A DNA stretch of 64,000 nt, taken from NCBI GenBank assembly GCA_965242725.1, contig CBDESZ010000018.1, positions 96,001 to 160,000 on the forward strand. Reading direction: 5' to 3'. Below the pieces are notes generated by a model, which worked only from the letters and a program-made list of their open reading frames with translations, was not told the origin of the DNA and made no database searches. Both the position numbers and the translations under genes were made by a program. The stretch comes from Alkalispirochaeta sp. (lineage in GTDB: Bacteria > Spirochaetota > Spirochaetia > DSM-27196 > Alkalispirochaetaceae). How positions within the stretch are numbered: the stretch's first letter is position 1; every line of letters starts with the position of its first letter. This document shows, piece after piece, positions 60,193-64,000 of this stretch.

Positions 60193-60670
60193 ATGCGAGT
60201 AGAGTACATTAATCCCTTTGTCGAGTCGGCGTACAGCGTCCTCACGGAGGTATTACAGAGTGAAGTTCGCCGTGGCGAGTTGTATCTGAAGAGCGCCGCC
60301 ATGCCCATGCTGGAGTTGCCGCAATCGTAGGGCTTGCCGGTGACGTGGAAGGGCGCGTGCTCTTTGATATGAAACTGGAAACGGCGATTTCCGTTGCCTC
60401 GTCGATGCTCACCAACATGGATATGGAACCGGTAACGGAGTTCAACGACATGGCCAGGGCGACTGTAACGGAGCTGGCAAATATGATCACCGGACAGGCG
60501 GTAACAAAGCTCCATAATCTGGGTTTCAAGTTTGACCTCACCCCCCCCGGCGATCTTTAAGGGGGAGAATATGGAGATTTCCGATCCGGACTTTGAAGCA
60601 CTCATTGTGCCGATGGGAGATGGAAATGGGTAAAATAGAAGTAAACGTCGCGATACGGGAACGGGCGTAA
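60193..60670 (+). CDS. cheX: Chemotaxis phosphatase CheX (three single-base indels)
   Basis: MRVEYINPFV..., GLAGDVEGRV, ELANMITG, TPP(A)IF.GENM, IEVNVAIRE, reconstructed across three frameshifts. Confidence 0.9.
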
Positions 60671-60673
60671 TCA

Positions 60674-61108
60674 ATGAAGACAAAACAAGATTTTCCAGCA
60701 ATTAACGAACGGGCGGCGGCGGGTGTTCGTCCAGACGGAGTACCATACCGGGTTCTCGTTGTAGACGATTCCATGTTTGTGACCAAGCAGATAGGGCAGA
60801 TATTGACATCGGAAGGCTTTGATGTCGTCGCAACGGCGGGGGACGGCCAGGAAGGGCTCGACAAGTACAAGGAACTCTATCCCAACGTTGATCTGGTAAC
60901 GATGGATATCACCATGCCCAAGCTGGACGGAGTCTCGGCACTTGAGAAAATCATGGAGTTTGACAAGAATGCCCGGGTTGTCATGATCAGCGCGTTGGGA
61001 AAGCAGGATTTAGTGAAAAAGTCCTTGCTTCTCGGGGCAAAAAATTATATAGTCAAGCCGCTTGATCGAGCGAAAGTCCTTGAGCGGATCATCAGCTCGC
61101 TGGCGTAA
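60674..61108 (+). CDS. cheY: Chemotaxis response regulator CheY
   Basis: VLVVDDS, TMDITMP, ISA, YIVKP; spirochaete-type N-terminal extension. Confidence 0.95.
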   Translation: MKTKQDFPAINERAAAGVRPDGVPYRVLVVDDSMFVTKQIGQILTSEGFDVVATAGDGQEGLDKYKELYPNVDLVTMDITMPKLDGVSALEKIMEFDKNARVVMISALGKQDLVKKSLLLGAKNYIVKPLDRAKVLERIISSLA

Positions 61109-61117
61109 TCATTCATC

Positions 61118-61191
61118 GGGCGGTTAGCTCAGTTGGTTAGAGTACATGCTTGACATGCATGGGGTCGTTGGTTCAAATCCAATACCGCCCA
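61118..61191 (+). tRNA. tRNA-Val(GAC)
   Basis: Acceptor GGGCGGT/ACCGCCC, anticodon arm CATGC-TTGACAT-GCATG, T-loop TTCAAAT. Confidence 0.96.
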
Positions 61192-61196
61192 TTATT

Positions 61197-61230
61197 ACCG
61201 GTGTTGCCATGGGTAGCGCCGGTTTTTTTT
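61197..61230 (+). terminator. Intrinsic terminator after tRNA-Val
   Basis: ACCGGTGTTGCC-ATG-GGTAGCGCCGGT hairpin (with GU pairs) followed by a T-tract. Confidence 0.8.
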
Positions 61231-61251
61231 GTTCAATGAAAGGAACGCACT

Positions 61252-62004
61252 ATGTCCGTCCCGCTGGAACAGTACACACCGTCCGATAATAGAGATGCTT
61301 CGTTTTCCATCGGGGAGCTGGAAGTCCGCCTTATCGGTCACGGAGACGGCGTACGTATGCACCTTGACGGACGCGCACTGCTTGGGATGCCGGAACGTGC
61401 GGGATGGCGGGATGTGACCATTCCGGCGGAACATACAATAAACATTGTGCCCCGCACGCCGGATCTGCCGATTGTATTGCGCTCGGACGAACTCATTGAA
61501 CTCGCCGTGGACGCACGCGTGCAGTTTGACCTTTTCATACCCATGTGGATCGAATTCGTTCATGAAGGGAAGAAGGACAAAAAGGTGACGGGAGGCTCCC
61601 TGGAAGACGTTCCGACGGTCGCATTGAAGAGAAGCTGGTTCGGCACTCCGGAAAGTGGAGAGGTTGCGTATTCATGGCGCTTTGCTCCCAGAAGCCGGCG
61701 CAGCCATCAGCGTCATTTCCTTACCGTACCGGTGACAATCGTCAATCGTTCTACGGCGGTGCTGCGATTTGAACGATTTCTCCTGCGGGCGATACACTTA
61801 AGTGTGTATGAACTGCGGGGACGACTCGTAACAAACTCGGTGACCGTCGCATTCAAGGGCTCGGAACAGATGAGCCAGATTACCTTCGAAAATGACGTTT
61901 CAATGGAGAAAAAGGGAGCCCGGTTGAAAAGTGGTCCCCGTGAGCGGAGTAACGGGGATATCATCCGCAAGAGCTTCAGCTGGTTGTGGGAATTGGCGGG
62001 ATGA
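61252..62004 (+). CDS. DUF432-like protein
   Basis: PRTPDLPIVLR, KRSWFGTPESGEVAY; upstream of an mscS-family gene. Confidence 0.6.
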   Translation: MSVPLEQYTPSDNRDASFSIGELEVRLIGHGDGVRMHLDGRALLGMPERAGWRDVTIPAEHTINIVPRTPDLPIVLRSDELIELAVDARVQFDLFIPMWIEFVHEGKKDKKVTGGSLEDVPTVALKRSWFGTPESGEVAYSWRFAPRSRRSHQRHFLTVPVTIVNRSTAVLRFERFLLRAIHLSVYELRGRLVTNSVTVAFKGSEQMSQITFENDVSMEKKGARLKSGPRERSNGDIIRKSFSWLWELAG

Positions 62005-62010
62005 TCGAGG

Positions 62011-62862
62011 ATGGGAAGATACGTGAGTAATCTGTTTCAGGGAGCACAGCAGTTTTCATTTCAGTCAATAAGCGACTGGGAGCGAGTCGTAAGCGCTCTT
62101 GTCGTCTTTCTCGTCGGCTTTTTCATTCTCCGCATCAGCACCCGCATGCTTATGCGTTCCGTCGGGAAGGGGTTGCGAGAACAGTCGAGTGAGCTCATAC
62201 GAAAGACGATACTCTATATCGGTGCGGTAATTTTGCTCGTAATGGTCCTCAACGCGGCAGGCGTAAGTGTCGGTGCGCTTCTCGGTGCCGCCGGTGTGCT
62301 GGGTATCGCCGTCGGTATTGCCAGTCAGGCGAGTCTGAGCAATATCATCAGCGGACTCTTTCTCGTGTCGGAGCGTTTCTTTGAAATCGGTGACGTCGTA
62401 CGGATTGGGGAACATACGGGATCCGTTCAGTCCATAGACCTGCTTTCTATAAAAATCAAAACTTTTGACAACCTGCTTATTCGGGTGCCAAATCAACAAC
62501 TCATCGAAAAGGACTTTCTCAATATCACACGGTATCCGATTCGACGAATGGATTTTACCGTTACGGTACCGCCGCAGTACGATGTCGAGCGCGTCCTTGA
62601 AGCCCTTCGGGCCGTTGCGGACGGTGTACCTTCCGTGCTGGAGGAGCCGGAGCCGTTCTGTATGGCATTGGACTTTTCCGAAAACGGGCTGAATTTTCGC
62701 CTCGGCGTGTGGTTTGAACGAACCACCTTTCTCATTGTGAGAAATTCCGTAATGAGCCGGCTGCAGAAAATCTTCAGGGAACGGGGAATTCCCATTCGGA
62801 CACGGACGATTCGTGTAGAGTCAAACGGCGCGGATGACAGGGAGTCATCGACAATACGCTAA
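62011..62862 (+). CDS. Small-conductance mechanosensitive channel (MscS family)
   Basis: Three TM helices, GIASQASLSNIISG, FEIGDVVRI, IRVPN. Confidence 0.92.
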   Translation: MGRYVSNLFQGAQQFSFQSISDWERVVSALVVFLVGFFILRISTRMLMRSVGKGLREQSSELIRKTILYIGAVILLVMVLNAAGVSVGALLGAAGVLGIAVGIASQASLSNIISGLFLVSERFFEIGDVVRIGEHTGSVQSIDLLSIKIKTFDNLLIRVPNQQLIEKDFLNITRYPIRRMDFTVTVPPQYDVERVLEALRAVADGVPSVLEEPEPFCMALDFSENGLNFRLGVWFERTTFLIVRNSVMSRLQKIFRERGIPIRTRTIRVESNGADDRESSTIR

Positions 62863-62903
62863 ACGAATTTGACAACACCGCGATTTCGCCCGAAGATTTT
62901 CAT

Positions 62904-63218
62904 ATGGCAACCCGTAACTACCTGACCACCGCCGTCCTCAGCGAAATCATTCGATACGATCGTGATGCACAATATGAACGGGAAACCGTCAGTTATAAAG
63001 GGACCGTCAGGAAGCATCCCTACGACAGAAACAAGTTTCTGCTCATTACCAATCCCGGTGACGAAGATGCCCATTTCTATGAATTCCGTATCGTCGATGT
63101 GGTACGCGCAATGGATATTCGTCAGGTTGTAAACACCAGCGGCGAGACGGTTCAACTCGTTGAACTCCTGGTAAAGAAGGGGAGTCACGCAATAGAAATG
63201 AAACCTTTTGAGGTTTGA
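62904..63218 (+). CDS. Hypothetical protein
   Basis: GTVRKHPYD..FYEF..PFEV; own TTGACA promoter at 62869. Confidence 0.75.
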   Translation: MATRNYLTTAVLSEIIRYDRDAQYERETVSYKGTVRKHPYDRNKFLLITNPGDEDAHFYEFRIVDVVRAMDIRQVVNTSGETVQLVELLVKKGSHAIEMKPFEV

Positions 63219-63233
63219 TTCCGCCGTTTCTAG

Positions 63234-63263
63234 TTGACACGCCCGTACCGGAATGGATAGAAT
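63234..63263 (+). promoter_or_regulatory. sigma70 promoter of tRNA-Asn
   Basis: TTGACA-N18-TAGAAT. Confidence 0.7.
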
Positions 63264-63279
63264 CCCGACATTCACTGAA

Positions 63280-63352
63280 TCCCCTGTAGCTCAGTTGGTA
63301 GAGCGGGTGACTGTTAATCACCAAGTCGTTGGTTCGAGTCCAACCGGGGGAG
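63280..63352 (+). tRNA. tRNA-Asn(GTT)
   Basis: Acceptor TCCCCTG/CGGGGGA, anticodon arm GGTGA-CTGTTAA-TCACC, T-loop TTCGAGT. Confidence 0.96.
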
Positions 63353-63360
63353 CTTTTCAC

Positions 63361-63392
63361 ACACCGTCGTTCAGGAACGACGGTGTTTTTTT
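63361..63392 (+). terminator. Intrinsic terminator after tRNA-Asn
   Basis: ACACCGTCGTT-CAGG-AACGACGGTGT followed by a T-tract. Confidence 0.9.
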
Positions 63393-63447
63393 GTGCGCCT
63401 GCTGCTTATGGCTGACAACGTAATGCGGAAAATAGGGGACGGACGTG

Positions 63448-64000
63448 CTACATATGGACGGGAAATCGTTCCATACGGTGTTGTATGAAATCCACTATCA
63501 GTTTTTCCGTTTCTACCGACAAATCGGTGAACTCCAACCCGATCGTTTCGGATATGCGTATGATCCGCAATCGCACCGGAACGATCACATCGTCGATCAA
63601 CAGTGAGGCCATGGAAATATCCGTTTCAAGATCCAGGGTAGTCAGAACCGTCTCGTCAACGGGCCGAAAACGCAGTCCTCCCGCTGAGATATCGACGACA
63701 GATCCGTAAACGAACTGAAATGTATAGGGATTGGTAAACAGAAATTCGACGGGATCGTCGTGACGGGGCACGTATCTTACGTACCGTCTCACATCGATAT
63801 TCTGATGGTATCGCGCTATGATTCCACGAATCCGCTCAAGAGTCTGTACACTGGTGAGGTCTTCGTCAAGGATTGCATTTACCTCGAGAAACTCCGCCTT
63901 TTCCGCCTCTTCAGCCGGAAAGTCCTCATTTATCAGAAGGACAAAAATGGTTTCCCGCCTGCTGTATGTATTTCTGAGAAACATTACAAACGGCTTCCAG
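63448..64000 (-). CDS. PilZ domain protein (5'-partial)
   Basis: RRYVR (RxxxR) and DISAGG (DxSxxG) c-di-GMP motifs; frame is open to the window edge. Confidence 0.85.
   Translation of the reverse strand, partial: WKPFVMFLRNTYSRRETIFVLLINEDFPAEEAEKAEFLEVNAILDEDLTSVQTLERIRGIIARYHQNIDVRRYVRYVPRHDDPVEFLFTNPYTFQFVYGSVVDISAGGLRFRPVDETVLTTLDLETDISMASLLIDDVIVPVRLRIIRISETIGLEFTDLSVETEKLIVDFIQHRMERFPVHM

Noticed and set aside
60541..60548. C8 tract in cheX as a phase-variation switch
   Set aside because: Two other indels in the same gene lie in 2-3-base runs, which points to sequencing error rather than a contingency locus.
12497..63352. tRNA genes as integration sites for genomic islands
   Set aside because: No integrase, no duplicated tRNA 3' end and no obvious composition shift near any of the five tRNAs.

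Overview
Gene-dense, moderately GC-rich core-chromosome segment of a free-living spirochaete (Spirochaetaceae-like, inferred from flaA-cheA-cheW(CheR-like)-cheX-cheY, spoVG-rplY-pth-tilS-ftsH and a spiro-SPASM gene). Contents in order: partial argS; gltBD behind a sigma54-type promoter with a perfect 20-bp palindrome; rplU-prp-rpmA-obgE-nadD-yqeK-LCP-rsfS; spoVG, tRNA-Gln, rplY, pth, tilS, ftsH and an HtrA-like lipoprotein; a receptor-less STAS-cheA-cheR-cheB cluster joined to three soluble two-component proteins; lepA; a Maf/DUF115 gene; a LysM/degenerate-M23 gene plus a group-2-like sigma70; ettA; xseAB; a spiro-SPASM/GT2/SpsF/PseG-methyltransferase/ATP-grasp operon leading into amidase-GerMN-flaA-cheAWXY; five tRNAs in total and a partial PilZ gene. 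No mobile elements or CRISPR were seen. The best candidates for an undescribed system are (1) the spiro-SPASM operon as a tailoring pathway for a nonulosonate flagellin glycan built around a Cys-less radical-SAM pseudo-enzyme and (2) the receptor-less chemosensory phosphorelay whose CheA carries a tandem MshEN-like motif. Five single-base indels in short mononucleotide runs (xseA, cheW, cheX x3) most likely reflect sequencing error. All family assignments come from motif recognition by eye; no searches were run.
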